Assembly: GCA_948469315.1 (NCBI GenBank)
Contig: CAOKLQ010000003.1
Location: 80,007 to 144,006, forward strand
Length of the DNA stretch: 64,000 bases
Direction of reading: 5' to 3'
Origin: an uncultured Clostridium sp.
GTDB taxonomy: Bacteria; Bacillota; Clostridia; TANB77; CAG-508
In this document: piece after piece, positions 1-11,395 of the stretch
Numbering within the stretch: position 1 is the first letter of the stretch
Layout of the letters: every line of letters begins with the position of its first letter
Notes under the pieces: model-generated
The model's database searches: none
Seen by the model: only the letters and a program-made list of their open reading frames with translations
What the model was told of the DNA's origin: nothing
Translations under genes and position numbers: made by a program

Positions 1-247
1 TATCTATTGTTAATTTTATTTTACTATTAGCCCCAGTCTTTACTTGGGTTTCTAATATTTCTTCTAAACCATAAACTAATTTTTCATTATCTATACTTTC
101 TTCAATATTAGGACTTTCTCCTATTATTATTACATTTTCGAAATTAGATATTTGATCTGGAATATTTATATCTTCTAATTTTATATTGTTTATATTAAAA
201 TTCTTTGATGTTCTTATTGGTGTTTCGTTTAATTTTAAATTATTCAT
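1..247 (-). CDS. hypothetical protein, N-terminal part (gene runs off window start)
   Basis: ORF reading leftward from ATG at 247 (MNNLKLNETPIRTSK...) with no stop before position 1; no family recognised. Confidence 0.3.
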   Translation of the reverse strand, partial: MNNLKLNETPIRTSKNFNINNIKLEDINIPDQISNFENVIIIGESPNIEESIDNEKLVYGLEEILETQVKTGANSKIKLTID

Positions 248-565
248 TCATAATTCCTTTCAAAAAAATTAAATTATTTCTATTTTCAAAAGGACAAAGG
301 CTTTGCCCTTACCTTTTAATCCCATCCTATTTAAGAACTAAAAGTTCTTAAGTATCTCCAAAGGGATTATTTATAAATTATTTTTCTTCTCTTGCTCGCT
401 CCTCTGTATGAAGATTTTGCAAGTTATAAAATTATTATTAATGCTGTTATAAACAAAATAATAATTAAGATTAATTAATTATTTTATTGGCTTATTATAA
501 TTTGACATTATGTTCATTTTAATATATAATTTATTAAAATTTATCAACCTAAGGAGGCTTTTATT

Positions 566-751
566 ATGAAAAAACGGGCTTGGTTAAAGTTTCTAATCTT
601 ATTTGGAATTTTATTTATTTTGGCACCTATAGTTTTACTTGCTTTGAAAGTTATTGTTATGACTTTCCTTACATTTTTAATACTTATATTTATAGGTGGT
701 TCATGTATTGTTATTGGAAAGTTTTTAGCAATACACTTTCATTTTAAATAG
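566..751 (+). CDS. small hydrophobic membrane protein (61 aa)
   Basis: AAGGAGG RBS 8 nt upstream; MKKR followed by two TM-like segments; contains an in-frame CGG at 575-577 read as Arg if the ORF is real. Confidence 0.35.
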   Translation: MKKRAWLKFLILFGILFILAPIVLLALKVIVMTFLTFLILIFIGGSCIVIGKFLAIHFHFK

Positions 752-796
752 TTTTAACCGTTTTAAATGTCTAGATATTATTTCTAGGCATTTTTT

Positions 797-2198
797 TTAC
801 CCAATTGAGCCTTCTAATTCTAGGTTAATCAAATTATTCATCTCTACTGCATATTCTACTGGTAATTCTTTTGCAATCGGATCTGCAAACCCTCTTACTA
901 TCATTGCTAATGCATCCTCTTGTGATAAACCTCTACTCATTAAATAAAATATTGTTTTATCACTTATTTTTCCTATTTTGGCTTCATGTGAAAATTCTAC
1001 CTCATCTGTTTTTATATCATTTGTTGGTATTGTGTCTGAAATTGATATATCATCTAACATAATCGATTCGCAAGAAACTGATGATTTAGAACCTCTTGCA
1101 TTTTGGTTTATTCTTACTAAACTTCTATAAGTACATTTTCCACCATTTTTTGATATTGATTTTGCATTAACTACACTTGATGTATTTTTACTATTGTGTA
1201 TTACTTTAAATCCATTATCTAAGTTTTGTCCTGCTCCTGCAAACGAGATTCCAGTAAACTGAGTTTTTGCACCTTCACCATTTAATATACTCATTGGATA
1301 TAACATTGATATTTTAGAACCAAATGATCCTGATACCCATTCCATTTTTGCATTTTTTCCTACTACTGCTTTTTTTGTATTTAAGTTTAACATATTTTTT
1401 GACCAGTTTTCTATTGTAGAATATCTTAAATAAGCGTTATCTTTTACATATAATTCAACACATCCTGCATGAAGATTTACTTTGTTATATTTTGGTGCAC
1501 TACATCCTTCTATAAAGTGCAAACTTGCACCTTCCTCTACAATTATTAATGTATGTTCAAATTGTCCTGATTCTGGTGAATTTAATCTAAAATATGATTG
1601 AAGCGGTATATCTACTTTAACATTTTTAGGAACATATACAAATGAGCCACCTGACCAAACTGCACCATGTAAAGCTACAAATTTATGGTCATTTACTGGT
1701 ACACATTTCATAAAATGTTCTTTTACAAGTTCTGGATATTCTTTTATTGCAGTTTCCATATCTGTATATATTACACCTTGCTTTATTAATTCTTTCTTCA
1801 TACTATGATATACAACTTCTGAATCATATTGTGCTCCAACTCCTGCTAAAGATGTTCTTTCCGCTTCTGGTATTCCGCAGTCTATCAAATGTGTTTTTTA
1901 TATCTTCTGGAACATCTTCCCATGAGTTATTTAATTTTGTTTTAGGCCTTACGTATGTTGCAATTTCATCCATATTTAGTTCAGATAAATCTGGTCCCCA
2001 TGTTGGCATTTCTAGTTTATTATATGTGTATAATGCTTTTAATCTAAAAACTCTCATCCATTCTGGGTCATTCTTTTGTTTTGATATTTCTTCTATAATT
2101 TCAGGAGTTAGACCTTTTTTTACTTTGTAATCGTATTCATCTTTATTTTTTATGTTGTATAGATTTATGTTTATTTCGTCTATATTTGTTTTTGACAT
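797..2198 (-). CDS. sufB: Fe-S cluster assembly protein SufB, frame interrupted by a single extra C at an in-frame CGG (1875-1877)
   Basis: Two ORF-track fragments (124 aa N-term + 363 aa C-term) both match SufB (..NTFDRL / GIPEAERTSLAGVGAQYDSEVVYH..). Removing the C of ctg-CGG-aat restores FDRLGIPEAER. Confidence 0.8.
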
Positions 2199-2231
2199 TT
2201 TAATTTCCTTTCAAATAATATTGATTTTGTT

Positions 2232-2963
2232 TTATTTATATTGCTCATACCCATTTTCTTCAATCTCTCTTGCCAATTCCTGTGTTCCTGTTTTAGCTAT
2301 TTTCCCATTAACTAAAACATGTACAAAATCAACCTTTAAACTATGCAATATTTTAGTATTATGTGTAATAATTAAAATTGCATTATTTTGGTTTTTAAAC
2401 ATTTCAATTCCTTTTGAAACTGTCTTTATTGCATCTACATCAAGTCCAGAATCTGTTTCGTCTAGAATTGCAAGTTTTGGATTTAGTACAAGCATTTGTA
2501 AAATCTCGTTTTTCTTTTTTTCTCCACCTGAAAATCCTACATTTAGACTTCTTTCCATATTTTTAGGATTCATATTTAGTTCTTCCATATATTTTTTTAG
2601 TTCATCTTTAAATTCAAATATTTTAACTGGCTTTCCTGTTATTTTGCTTTTTGCAAATTTTAGAAAATCTGTAACTGAAATTCCTGGTATTTCTTCTGGT
2701 AGTTGAAAAGACATAAATATTCCTTTTTTGGCTATCTCATCTGTTTTTAGATTATTTATATTTTCTCCTTCAAATATAATTTCTCCATTTGTTTTTAAAT
2801 ACTGAGAATTATTTAATATAGCATTTGCAGTTGTTGTTTTTCCTGAACCATTTGGTCCCATTATTACATGAATTTCTCCTTTATTTATTTTTAAATTAAT
2901 TCCTTTTAAAATTTCCTTTTCATCTGCATTTACATGTAAATCATTTATCTCTAACAAATTCAT
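2232..2963 (-). CDS. sufC: Fe-S cluster assembly ATPase SufC
   Basis: 243 aa; Walker A GPNGSGKTT, ABC signature FSGGEKKK, Walker B LAILDETDSGLD; immediately upstream of sufB. Confidence 0.9.
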   Translation of the reverse strand: MNLLEINDLHVNADEKEILKGINLKINKGEIHVIMGPNGSGKTTTANAILNNSQYLKTNGEIIFEGENINNLKTDEIAKKGIFMSFQLPEEIPGISVTDFLKFAKSKITGKPVKIFEFKDELKKYMEELNMNPKNMERSLNVGFSGGEKKKNEILQMLVLNPKLAILDETDSGLDVDAIKTVSKGIEMFKNQNNAILIITHNTKILHSLKVDFVHVLVNGKIAKTGTQELAREIEENGYEQYK

Positions 2964-3072
2964 TTTTTATTTTCCCTTTCTTATAGCAGCGAATTTCGTT
3001 CACCCGTTTTTAGTATTTAATATTTACCTAATCTATATTTTTATTTTCTGATCAATGCAATCGACCCATACA

Positions 3073-3528
3073 TTATTTATTTTTTAAATTAGCAGTTTTA
3101 CGTTTGCAACTTCTACACTTTTCTTGATTTATATCATAGTTACAATTTAATTCATAAACTCCTAATATTTTATGAACATATTTTGTAAGTTTATTTAAAG
3201 AATTATCGCTCATTACAGATTTTAGCTTTATAGCTTGATTTTCAGCTTCTTTATTTGGCATCTCCAATACTTCTGTTAAAAATACATAAACTATATCATA
3301 AGCTTCTAATACTTTTTTTGCATATTTTTCTCCTTCATTAGTCAATTCTATTTGACCATAAACTTCATAATTTACTAATCTATTTTCCTTTAAATTTTTT
3401 ATTGCTTTGTTTACACTTGGCTTTGTGCAGTTCATTTTACTTGCAATATCTGTAACACGAATTTCTCCTTTTTGCTTTTTTAATATGTACATTGTTTTTA
3501 GATATTCTTCTAAAGATTTTGATATCAT
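3073..3528 (-). CDS. DtxR/MntR-family metal-dependent transcriptional regulator
   Basis: 151 aa with N-terminal wHTH (SLEEYLKTMYIL..IRVTDIASKMNCTKPSVNKAIKNL) typical of the DtxR family; sits directly upstream of sufC on the same strand. Confidence 0.75.
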   Translation of the reverse strand: MISKSLEEYLKTMYILKKQKGEIRVTDIASKMNCTKPSVNKAIKNLKENRLVNYEVYGQIELTNEGEKYAKKVLEAYDIVYVFLTEVLEMPNKEAENQAIKLKSVMSDNSLNKLTKYVHKILGVYELNCNYDINQEKCRSCKRKTANLKNK

Positions 3529-3541
3529 TTTATTCTCCTTT

Positions 3542-3559
3542 TGTTAACTTCAGTTAACA
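3542..3559. promoter_or_regulatory. perfect inverted repeat TGTTAAC-TTCA-GTTAACA at the 5' end of the DtxR-family gene (candidate operator)
   Basis: 7-bp arms with 4-bp spacer, 14 nt upstream of the regulator start; a second imperfect palindrome gtcaaggataaccttgtc lies at 3583-3600. Confidence 0.4.
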
Positions 3560-3692
3560 TTATATTATGAATATGTTTGTTTGTCAAGGATAACCTTGTC
3601 TTTTATATACTTTTTCTTATTTATAGCACAAATTTAAAGAGAGTTCGTTTTTTAATTGAACTCCCTAACTAATTTATTATATACTTATATAA

Positions 3693-4471
3693 TTATCCTA
3701 ATGCAACATCTAAAATCATCATTACTATAAATCCTATTGCTACTCCTATTGTCCCTATATTTGAATGCTCTCCTGCTTGGGACTCTGGTATTAACTCTTC
3801 TATTACTACATACATCATCGCTCCTGATGCAAATGCTAGTAAATATGGAAGTATTGGTACTATTATATTTGTGAGTATTATAGTAATAATTGCACCTATA
3901 GGCTCTACAATTCCTGATAACATTCCATATAAAAATGACCTTTTCTTTGTCATTCCTTCATTTTTCAATGGCATTGAAATTATAGCTCCTTCTGGAAAAT
4001 TCTGTATTGCTATTCCGTATAGCTAATGCAAATGCCCCCGCTATTGTTATTCCGAGTATTTTCTATCATTGATCCAGAAAGTGTTACTCCTATTGCCATT
4101 CCTTCTGGTATATTATGAAGTGTTACAGCAAATACCATCATAGTTGTTTTCTTTAATTTTGATTTCATTCCTTCTTGTTTTTGACTTTCTAAGTGCATAT
4201 GTGGTATTACAGTATCTAAAATTAATAAAAATACTATTCCAAATAAAAATCCTATAGCAGCAGGAATCCATCCTATTTTTCCTTGCTCCTGAGACATATT
4301 TATAGAAGGTATTATTAAAGACCATATTGATGCTGCTATCATTACTCCTGATGCAAATCCTAATAGTATCTTTTCTATTTTTATATTAATTTTATTTTTC
4401 ATTAAAAATACTGTTGCCGAACCAAGTGTAGTTCCTATAAATGGTATTAATAATCCATAAATAATATTCAT
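3693..4471 (-). CDS. zupT: ZIP-family zinc transporter ZupT, frame interrupted twice at in-frame CGG codons (4052-4054 and 4015-4017)
   Basis: Fragments of 153 aa and 93 aa both match ZupT (HNIPEGMAIG ... GIAIQNFPEGAIISMPLKNEG). Skipping the C at act-CGG-aat and ata-CGG-aat links three frames into one ZupT. Confidence 0.75.
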
Positions 4472-4514
4472 ATTTTGTCCTCACCATTAATTTATACTAA
4501 TTAGCTAATATTTT

Positions 4515-5189
4515 TTATTTAGTATTTCCTGTATAGAATAATCCTGCAAGTTTTGATATTGGCATTGTTTGTAACCATACAGTTCCAGGTCCTGTTAAAG
4601 TTGTTAAAAATAGGCCTTCTCCTCCAAACATTATGTTTTTCATTCCTTTTACTGTTTCAATGTTTAAATTAACATCTTTTGTCATAGCTGCTACATATCC
4701 ATTATCAACTTTTAGTTTTTCTCCTGCTGCAAGTTCTCTTTTTACTACAGAACCATCTATTTCTAAAAATACTTTTCCAGGTCCTGTTATTTTTTGCATA
4801 ATAAATCCTTCCCCTCCAAAGAATCCTGCTCCTAATTTTTTTCTAAATTGCATACTAATATCTACTGTACTTTCAGAACATAGAAAAGCACGTTTTTGTG
4901 CAACTATTGTTTCTCCTTCTTTTAAATCAAATTCCATTATTTGTCCTGGAAAACTAGAAGAAAATGCTATTTCTACATCATCTTTTTGAGCTGTATATAT
5001 ATTCATAAATAAAGATTCTCCAGCAAATGCTCTTCCTATTCCTTTCATGATTCCACCATTAGTAGTAGTTTTCATCTCCATTCCATCGTCCATCCAACTC
5101 ATTCCGCCATTTTCAGTTAATACAGATTCACCTTTTTTTAGTTTCCATACTACAACTGGCAATGAGTCTCCTAATATTTTTGTTTCCAT
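4515..5189 (-). CDS. TIGR00266/AIM24-family protein
   Basis: 224 aa; Gly-rich beta-rich sequence with repeated GEG/GPG motifs matching the conserved bacterial AIM24-like family. Confidence 0.55.
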   Translation of the reverse strand: METKILGDSLPVVVWKLKKGESVLTENGGMSWMDDGMEMKTTTNGGIMKGIGRAFAGESLFMNIYTAQKDDVEIAFSSSFPGQIMEFDLKEGETIVAQKRAFLCSESTVDISMQFRKKLGAGFFGGEGFIMQKITGPGKVFLEIDGSVVKRELAAGEKLKVDNGYVAAMTKDVNLNIETVKGMKNIMFGGEGLFLTTLTGPGTVWLQTMPISKLAGLFYTGNTK

Positions 5190-5299
5190 GTTAACTCCTC
5201 CTTTTATTTTTATGTTAGTATTATATAATACTTTTTATACTTTTGCAATGTATTAACTTACTATATTTTTATAGCTAAATATTGCTTTATTTTTATATG

Positions 5300-6065
5300 T
5301 TATTTTCTCTGTTTTACTGCTTCATATATTATAATTCCTGCTGATATTGATGCATTTAGTGATGTTATTTTTCCTTTCATTGGTATTTTTATCAGAAAAT
5401 CGCAATTTTCTTTTATGAGCCTGCTCATTCCAAAGCCTTCACTACCAATTACTATTGCAAGTGGACCTTTTAAATCTTGATTATAATAATATGTATTTGT
5501 TTCCATGTCTGTACCACAAATCCATACATCATTTTGTTTTAAGTAATTTATTGTTTCATTTAGATTATTTACTCTTGCAATTTTCATATGTTCTACTGCT
5601 CCTGCTGATGTTTTGTTTACTGTGCTATTTACTCCTGCTGCTCTTCTTTTTGGTATTATTAGTCCATGGCATCCTGCTGTTTCTGCTGTTCTTATAATTG
5701 AACCTAAATTGTGAGGATCTTCTATTCCATCTAATATTATTATAAATGGATCTTCATTTTTACTTTTTGCAAAATCTAAAATATCTTCTACATCGCAATA
5801 TTCAAATGGTGGTACTATTGCAATTACTCCTTGGCAGTTCCCAGTTTGCGACATTTGCTCTAATTTACTTCTTTCTTTTTCTACTATAACTATTTTATTT
5901 TCTTTTGCTTTTGCTATTATTTTGTTTATAGATCCGATGTTTTTCTCCTTTTGGTATAAATATTTTGTTTATATCTTTTCCTGATTCTATTAATTCTATT
6001 ACAGAATTTCTGCCTTCAACTTGGTCATCGTAAACCTTTTGTTCTTTTTCGTTAATTTTCCTCAT
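5300..6065 (-). CDS. rlmB: TrmH-family 23S rRNA 2'-O-methyltransferase (RlmB-like), frame interrupted at in-frame CGG (5934-5936)
   Basis: C-terminal 184 aa is a SpoU methylase domain (HNLGSIIRTAE..GCHGLII). The N-term (MRKINEKEQKVYDD..NKIFIPKGEKH) lies in another frame upstream. Skipping the C at cat-CGG-atc joins them (..KH-GSINKIIAKAKENKIVIV..). Confidence 0.75.
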
Positions 6066-6114
6066 AATTTTATATACCTTTCTAATAATAGTACAATAAA
6101 ATAATAATAATTTT

Positions 6115-6255
6115 TGAAAAATTTTGATTGAAAGTAATTGAATTAGAAATTGTTGAAGATATTTTAGGGAAAATGTTCAAACTTGCTTTGAAAGGGTGCC
6201 CTAAAATTCGATTACAATTTCTTATGAAATTAGCCTGAACGATAAATTTCGAATA
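6115..6255. repeat. ~140-bp structured intergenic repeat, copy A
   Basis: About 90% identical to the reverse complement of 12290-12425; nested inverted repeats (tttaggg..ccctaaa; ttcaaag-caag-tttgaa); lies between rlmB and lepA. Confidence 0.7.
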
Positions 6256-6286
6256 AAATTATTATTATTTTATTGTATATAATTTG

Positions 6287-8098
6287 TTAATCCTCATCTA
6301 ATTTTAAAACAGACAAAAATGCTTCTTGTGGTATTTCTACATTTCCGATTTGTCTCATTTTCTTTTTACCTTTTTTTTGCTTTTCAAGTAGTTTTTTCTT
6401 TCTTGTTATATCTCCTCCATAGCATTTGGCAAGTACATCTTTTCTCATTGCAGATATTGTTTCTCTGGCTATTATTTGTCCACCTATTACTGCTTGTATA
6501 GGAATACTAAATAATTGTCTTGGAATGGCTGTCTTTAACTTTTCTATCATTTTCTTTCCTCTATTATAGCTATTGCTTTTATGAACCATAAAAGAAAGAG
6601 CATCTACTGTTTCTCCATTTACACGAATATCTAATTTTACAAGTTCAGACATTTTATATTCTTTAAATTCATAGTCAAATGAAGCATATCCTTTTGTTTT
6701 AGATTTTAAATTATCAAAAAAATCATATATTATTTCATTTAATGGCATTTCATATGTAATTGTAACTCTATTTTCATCTAAGTATTTCATATCTATATAT
6801 ACTCCACGCCTATTTTGACATATTTCCATTATATTTCCTACATATTCTTTTGGAGTTAAAATACTAGCAGTAACAAATGGTTCTTCTATATAAGATATCT
6901 CTTGTGCAGTAGGCAGTTCTGATGGATTATATAATTCTATAATTTCTCCATCTGTTTTGTGTACTTTATATATAACTGATGGTGATGTTGTAATTAAACT
7001 TAAATCAAATTCTCTATCTAATCTTTCTTCTATTATTTCTAAATGTAAAAGTCCTAAAAATCCGCATCTAAATCCATATCCTAGTGCTGATGATGTTTCT
7101 TGTTCATATTCTAATGCTGCATCATTTAGTTTTAGTTTTTCTAGTGCTACTTTTAAATTTTCATAGTCGCTTCCATCCATTGGATATAGTCCACAATATA
7201 CCATTGGATTTACTTTTTTATAACCTGGGAGTGGCTTGCTTGCAGGGCTTAATTTTAATGTTATTGTATCTCCTACATGTATATCTGATAAATTTTTTAT
7301 ACTAGCTGCAACATAACCTACCTCTCCTGCTTTTAACTCTTTTGTAGGTATATATTCTCCTGCTCCAAAATACCCTACCTCTGTTACTGTAAATACTTTC
7401 TTTGCTTGCATAAGTAGTATTTCGTCTCCTATTTTGACTTTTCCATCTTTTACTCTTACATAACTTACAGCACCTTTATAATTATCGTAAAAAGAATCAA
7501 ATATTAAGCATTTAAGCTCACTTTCTTCATCTCCATTAGGACTTGGTATATTAGTTATAATTCTTTCTAAAACCTCATCAACATTTAGTCCAGATTTTGC
7601 TGAAATACAAGGGCAGTTCATAGCTGGAATTCCTATTATATCTTCTATTTCTTGTTTTACTTCATCTGGCCTTGCATTTGGAAGATCTATTTTATTTATA
7701 ACTGGCAAAATTTCTAGATTATTATCTATTGCTAAATATACATTAGCAAGTGTTTGAGCTTCTACTCCTTGGCTACTATCTACAACTAAAATTGCACCAT
7801 CACATGCAGCAAGGCTACGAGATACCTCATAATTAAAATCTACATGTCCTGGTGTATCTATTAAATTTAAAATATATTCATTTCCATCTTTTGCTATATA
7901 TTTCATTCTAACTGCCTGAGATTTTATAGTAATTCCTCTTTCACGCTCAATGTCCATATTATCTAAAACTTGAGATTCCATTTCTCTTTTAGATAAAACA
8001 CCTGTCATTTCAATTAATCTATCTGCTAAAGTAGATTTTCCATGATCTATATGTGCAATTATACTAAAATTTCTAATATACTTTTGTCTATCTTGCAT
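6287..8098 (-). CDS. lepA: elongation factor 4 (LepA)
   Basis: 603 aa; G-domain [22 protein letters not shown] and the conserved LepA C-terminal region. Confidence 0.95.
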   Translation of the reverse strand: MQDRQKYIRNFSIIAHIDHGKSTLADRLIEMTGVLSKREMESQVLDNMDIERERGITIKSQAVRMKYIAKDGNEYILNLIDTPGHVDFNYEVSRSLAACDGAILVVDSSQGVEAQTLANVYLAIDNNLEILPVINKIDLPNARPDEVKQEIEDIIGIPAMNCPCISAKSGLNVDEVLERIITNIPSPNGDEESELKCLIFDSFYDNYKGAVSYVRVKDGKVKIGDEILLMQAKKVFTVTEVGYFGAGEYIPTKELKAGEVGYVAASIKNLSDIHVGDTITLKLSPASKPLPGYKKVNPMVYCGLYPMDGSDYENLKVALEKLKLNDAALEYEQETSSALGYGFRCGFLGLLHLEIIEERLDREFDLSLITTSPSVIYKVHKTDGEIIELYNPSELPTAQEISYIEEPFVTASILTPKEYVGNIMEICQNRRGVYIDMKYLDENRVTITYEMPLNEIIYDFFDNLKSKTKGYASFDYEFKEYKMSELVKLDIRVNGETVDALSFMVHKSNSYNRGKKMIEKLKTAIPRQLFSIPIQAVIGGQIIARETISAMRKDVLAKCYGGDITRKKKLLEKQKKGKKKMRQIGNVEIPQEAFLSVLKLDED

Positions 8099-8212
8099 TA
8101 TTTCCTCCGTTTTTTATATTATTTAGGCTACATTATACATTTTAAATATTATATTGTAAATAGTTTAAATTTTAAAAGATAAATGTGAGTGCTATATAGC
8201 ACTCACATAGTA

Positions 8213-8782
8213 TTACTGAGCATCCAATTTAAATGTCTGTAAAATGGTACCTTTTGGTACATAAATTTTATAACTTACTTCAGGAAGTTCTTTAAAAGCA
8301 TTAAATGAAAGAATAGCTGTCAAAACATTATTCATTTTGGATTTCGTATAGGTTGTATATTTAATTATTAATGGATTACAGTTATCTTGTTCATAAATAA
8401 TAACATTTTTTGATTTAATTTTTCCTTTTTTATATCCATTTTTAAACTTATAGTAAAATGTATATACATCATTCATATCTATAGAAGCATGTACATAAAA
8501 TAAGTTACCATTAGCATGTCCAGATATCTGACTACCATCTTGTATTGATATAAGTTCATATCTTTTTGTTTCTTCTGTTTCTTGATAAGATTTTTTGTCG
8601 ATTTTAACAAGTCCGAAACAGCTTATAAAACACACACATATAGCAATAAATATTGTAATTGCATCGGACCGAACCTCTCTACAGTTACCCTGTGAACAAT
8701 TCCACTTTTTCAACTCAATACAAAAACTAGGAAGGAAAAAAAGTGTGATAATACCAGATACAAATGCGAAAAAAAATAACAT
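8213..8782 (-). CDS. hypothetical membrane-anchored protein
   Basis: AAAGGAGG RBS before MLFFFAFVSG; N-terminal TM then a ~140-aa globular region; contains an in-frame CGG at 8645-8647 that must be read as Arg for the downstream domain to be made. Confidence 0.5.
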   Translation of the reverse strand: MLFFFAFVSGIITLFFLPSFCIELKKWNCSQGNCREVRSDAITIFIAICVCFISCFGLVKIDKKSYQETEETKRYELISIQDGSQISGHANGNLFYVHASIDMNDVYTFYYKFKNGYKKGKIKSKNVIIYEQDNCNPLIIKYTTYTKSKMNNVLTAILSFNAFKELPEVSYKIYVPKGTILQTFKLDAQ

Positions 8783-8982
8783 AATAATTCCTCCTTTAAA
8801 TATCTTGAGGGAACTACCCTCCAAGATTAAAAAATACCACATTGGGTATGTTAAATGTAACTTTTTGTATTATATCATTATCTTACATAAAACGCAAGCT
8901 CAAACGTTCGTTTTGTTTCTATTGACTTTTATATAACTTACATATATAATTTTACTCATGTTAAATTTTGGAGGTTAATATT

Positions 8983-11382
8983 TTGAATAAATTTTATTTA
9001 GAAAAATTGGAATATAATAAAGTATTAGAGATTTTATCAAATTATAGTAAAACATATATTGGAAAAGAATTATGTCTTAGCTTAAAACCTTCTAATATAA
9101 AAGATAAAGTCTTAAAATCATTAAAAGAAACTAGCCAGGCTAATACTTTAATTCAAAGAAAAGGTGCCCTACCTATTGCTTTCATAGAAGACCCTACAGT
9201 TTTTATTAAAGTTGTTAGAGGCAATGCTTGTTTGTCTTGCAAAGGACTTTTAGAGCTTAGTAAAATTTTAAAAATGAGTAGAGAGTTAAAAGAATACTTT
9301 TATTCAAATGATGGATTAGATTTAAATAACTTCTCTATTTTAGATAATTACTTTGGCTCTTTATATACTAATTTAGATATTGAAAAAACTATTTTTACTA
9401 ATATTTTAGATGAAACTACAATTGATGATAATGCTTCTAAAAAGCTTTATAGTATTAGAAAAAATATAAAAAAATTAGAACAAGATATTAAAGATAAGTT
9501 AAATTCATTTATACATTCTTCTACATATTCAAAATATATACAAGAAGCGGTTGTAACAATTAGAGATGGACGATATGTAATACCTGTAAAACAAGAATAT
9601 CGTTCACAAATAAAAGGATTTATACACGATTTTTCTGCAAGTGGCTCTACTGTATTTATTGAACCTATGGCTATTTTTGAGCTTAATAATGAAATAAATA
9701 ATTTAAAGTTTGAGGAAAATTTAGAAATAGAAAAAATATTAAAACAATATACTCAAATGTTTGAGCCTATTATAGATGAAATTGAAAATAATATTAGAGT
9801 AATTGGCAGATTAGATTTTATTTTTGCAAAAGCTAGGTATGCTTTAGATATAGATGCAATAGAACCAGTTTTAAGTGATAAAAAAAGTATAAATTTAATA
9901 AGTGCAAGACATCCATTAATTAATAGTAAAAAAGTTGTTCCAATAGATATTAATTTAGGAATAGATTTTTCGTGTCTTTTAATTACAGGTCCTAATACTG
10001 GAGGAAAAACTGTAACTTTAAAAACTGTTGGTTTACTTTGTTTAATGGCTATGAGTGGACTTCACATTCCTGCAAAAGCAGGTTCTTTTGTGTATGTTTT
10101 TGATAATATATTTGCTGATATTGGAGATGAGCAAAGTATACAAGAATCTTTAAGTACATTTTCTAGCCATATGACAAATATAATTGAGATTTTGAAAAAC
10201 TCTACATCTCAAAGCTTAATTCTACTAGATGAACTATGTTCTGGAACTGACCCTTTTGAAGGAAGTAGCTTAGCAATTAGCCTTTTAGAAAGTTTTTACA
10301 AAAATAATTCTTTAATACTTGCTACCACCCACTACCCAGAAATTAAGAAATATGCTTTAGTAACAAAAGGTTTTAAAAACGCATCTTGTGAATTTAATGT
10401 AGAAAATATGCAACCTACTTATAAATTATTATTAGGTATTCCTGGAAAAAGTAATGCTTTTGAAATTAGTAAAAAATTAGGGCTTGATTTATCTATTATT
10501 AGTAGAGCTAAGAACTTTTTATCTGAAGACTCTATTAATATTGAAGATTTATTAAAAAGTATTTATGATGAAAAACTTGAAATAGAAAAAGAAAAAATAG
10601 AAATGGCAAAGAACTTAAACCAAGTTACTTTACTTAGAAAATCTTTAGAAAAAGATAACTTCGCTTTAGAGAATAAATCTAAAAAGTTAGTAGAAAATGC
10701 AAAACAAGAAGCAAGACAAATTTTATTAGATGCTAAAGATAATGCAACTAAAATTATTAGGCAAATGAAAGATAAATCTAATAATATCAAAGAATTAGAG
10801 AATCTAAGAAATGATTTAAATGAATCTATAAAAAATATAAATTTTATTGAAGATAAACACATACATGCGGGTCGCCAGGGACTTAGTCCCCTACAAGTAG
10901 ATGAAATTAATATTGGAGATAATGTCTTTGTTATACATCTAAATCAAAATGGAACAATACTATCTTTGCCAAACAATAAAAATATGGTACAAGTTCAAGT
11001 TGGAAATATGAAAACAAATGTTAAATTAGACAATTTACAATTAATAAAGAACAGTCAAAATAATACAAATGTAGGGGTTGCTCTCTTGATCAACCCATCG
11101 CCAAAAAAAGCAAAATCTAATTTTAAATCTAAAAATATTTCTACTGAAATTAATGTTATAGGACTAACCGTAGATGAAGCTTTACCTATTATAGATAAAT
11201 ATTTAGATGATGTATATTTATCTAGCTTAACATCTATTAGAATTGTGCATGGCAAAGGAACTGGAAAATTACGAAGTGCAATTCATACATTTTTAAAGAA
11301 AAACTCACATGTAAAATCTTTTAGATTAGGAACTTTTGGTGAAGGTGAAATGGGAGTTACTGTGGTTGAGATGAAAAAATAA
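8983..11382 (+). CDS. mutS2: endonuclease MutS2 (with C-terminal Smr domain)
   Basis: About 800 aa; Walker A GPNTGGKT, DELCSGTDP, C-terminal Smr motif (IVHGKGTGKLR); likely TTG start at 8983 after a GGAGG RBS (the ORF track begins at 8968). Confidence 0.9.
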   Translation: MNKFYLEKLEYNKVLEILSNYSKTYIGKELCLSLKPSNIKDKVLKSLKETSQANTLIQRKGALPIAFIEDPTVFIKVVRGNACLSCKGLLELSKILKMSRELKEYFYSNDGLDLNNFSILDNYFGSLYTNLDIEKTIFTNILDETTIDDNASKKLYSIRKNIKKLEQDIKDKLNSFIHSSTYSKYIQEAVVTIRDGRYVIPVKQEYRSQIKGFIHDFSASGSTVFIEPMAIFELNNEINNLKFEENLEIEKILKQYTQMFEPIIDEIENNIRVIGRLDFIFAKARYALDIDAIEPVLSDKKSINLISARHPLINSKKVVPIDINLGIDFSCLLITGPNTGGKTVTLKTVGLLCLMAMSGLHIPAKAGSFVYVFDNIFADIGDEQSIQESLSTFSSHMTNIIEILKNSTSQSLILLDELCSGTDPFEGSSLAISLLESFYKNNSLILATTHYPEIKKYALVTKGFKNASCEFNVENMQPTYKLLLGIPGKSNAFEISKKLGLDLSIISRAKNFLSEDSINIEDLLKSIYDEKLEIEKEKIEMAKNLNQVTLLRKSLEKDNFALENKSKKLVENAKQEARQILLDAKDNATKIIRQMKDKSNNIKELENLRNDLNESIKNINFIEDKHIHAGRQGLSPLQVDEINIGDNVFVIHLNQNGTILSLPNNKNMVQVQVGNMKTNVKLDNLQLIKNSQNNTNVGVALLINPSPKKAKSNFKSKNISTEINVIGLTVDEALPIIDKYLDDVYLSSLTSIRIVHGKGTGKLRSAIHTFLKKNSHVKSFRLGTFGEGEMGVTVVEMKK

Positions 11383-11395
11383 AACAATATATTTT

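Noticed and set aside
871-2130. Plus-strand ORFs overlapping sufB (871-1062, 1747-2130) and similar antisense ORFs elsewhere (for example 4633-4989, 6319-6501, 21276-21710, 25879-26469, 34613-35248)
   Set aside because: They lie antisense to strongly conserved genes, are low-complexity (L/F/I-rich) as expected from AT-rich antisense frames, and lack RBSs; treated as spurious.
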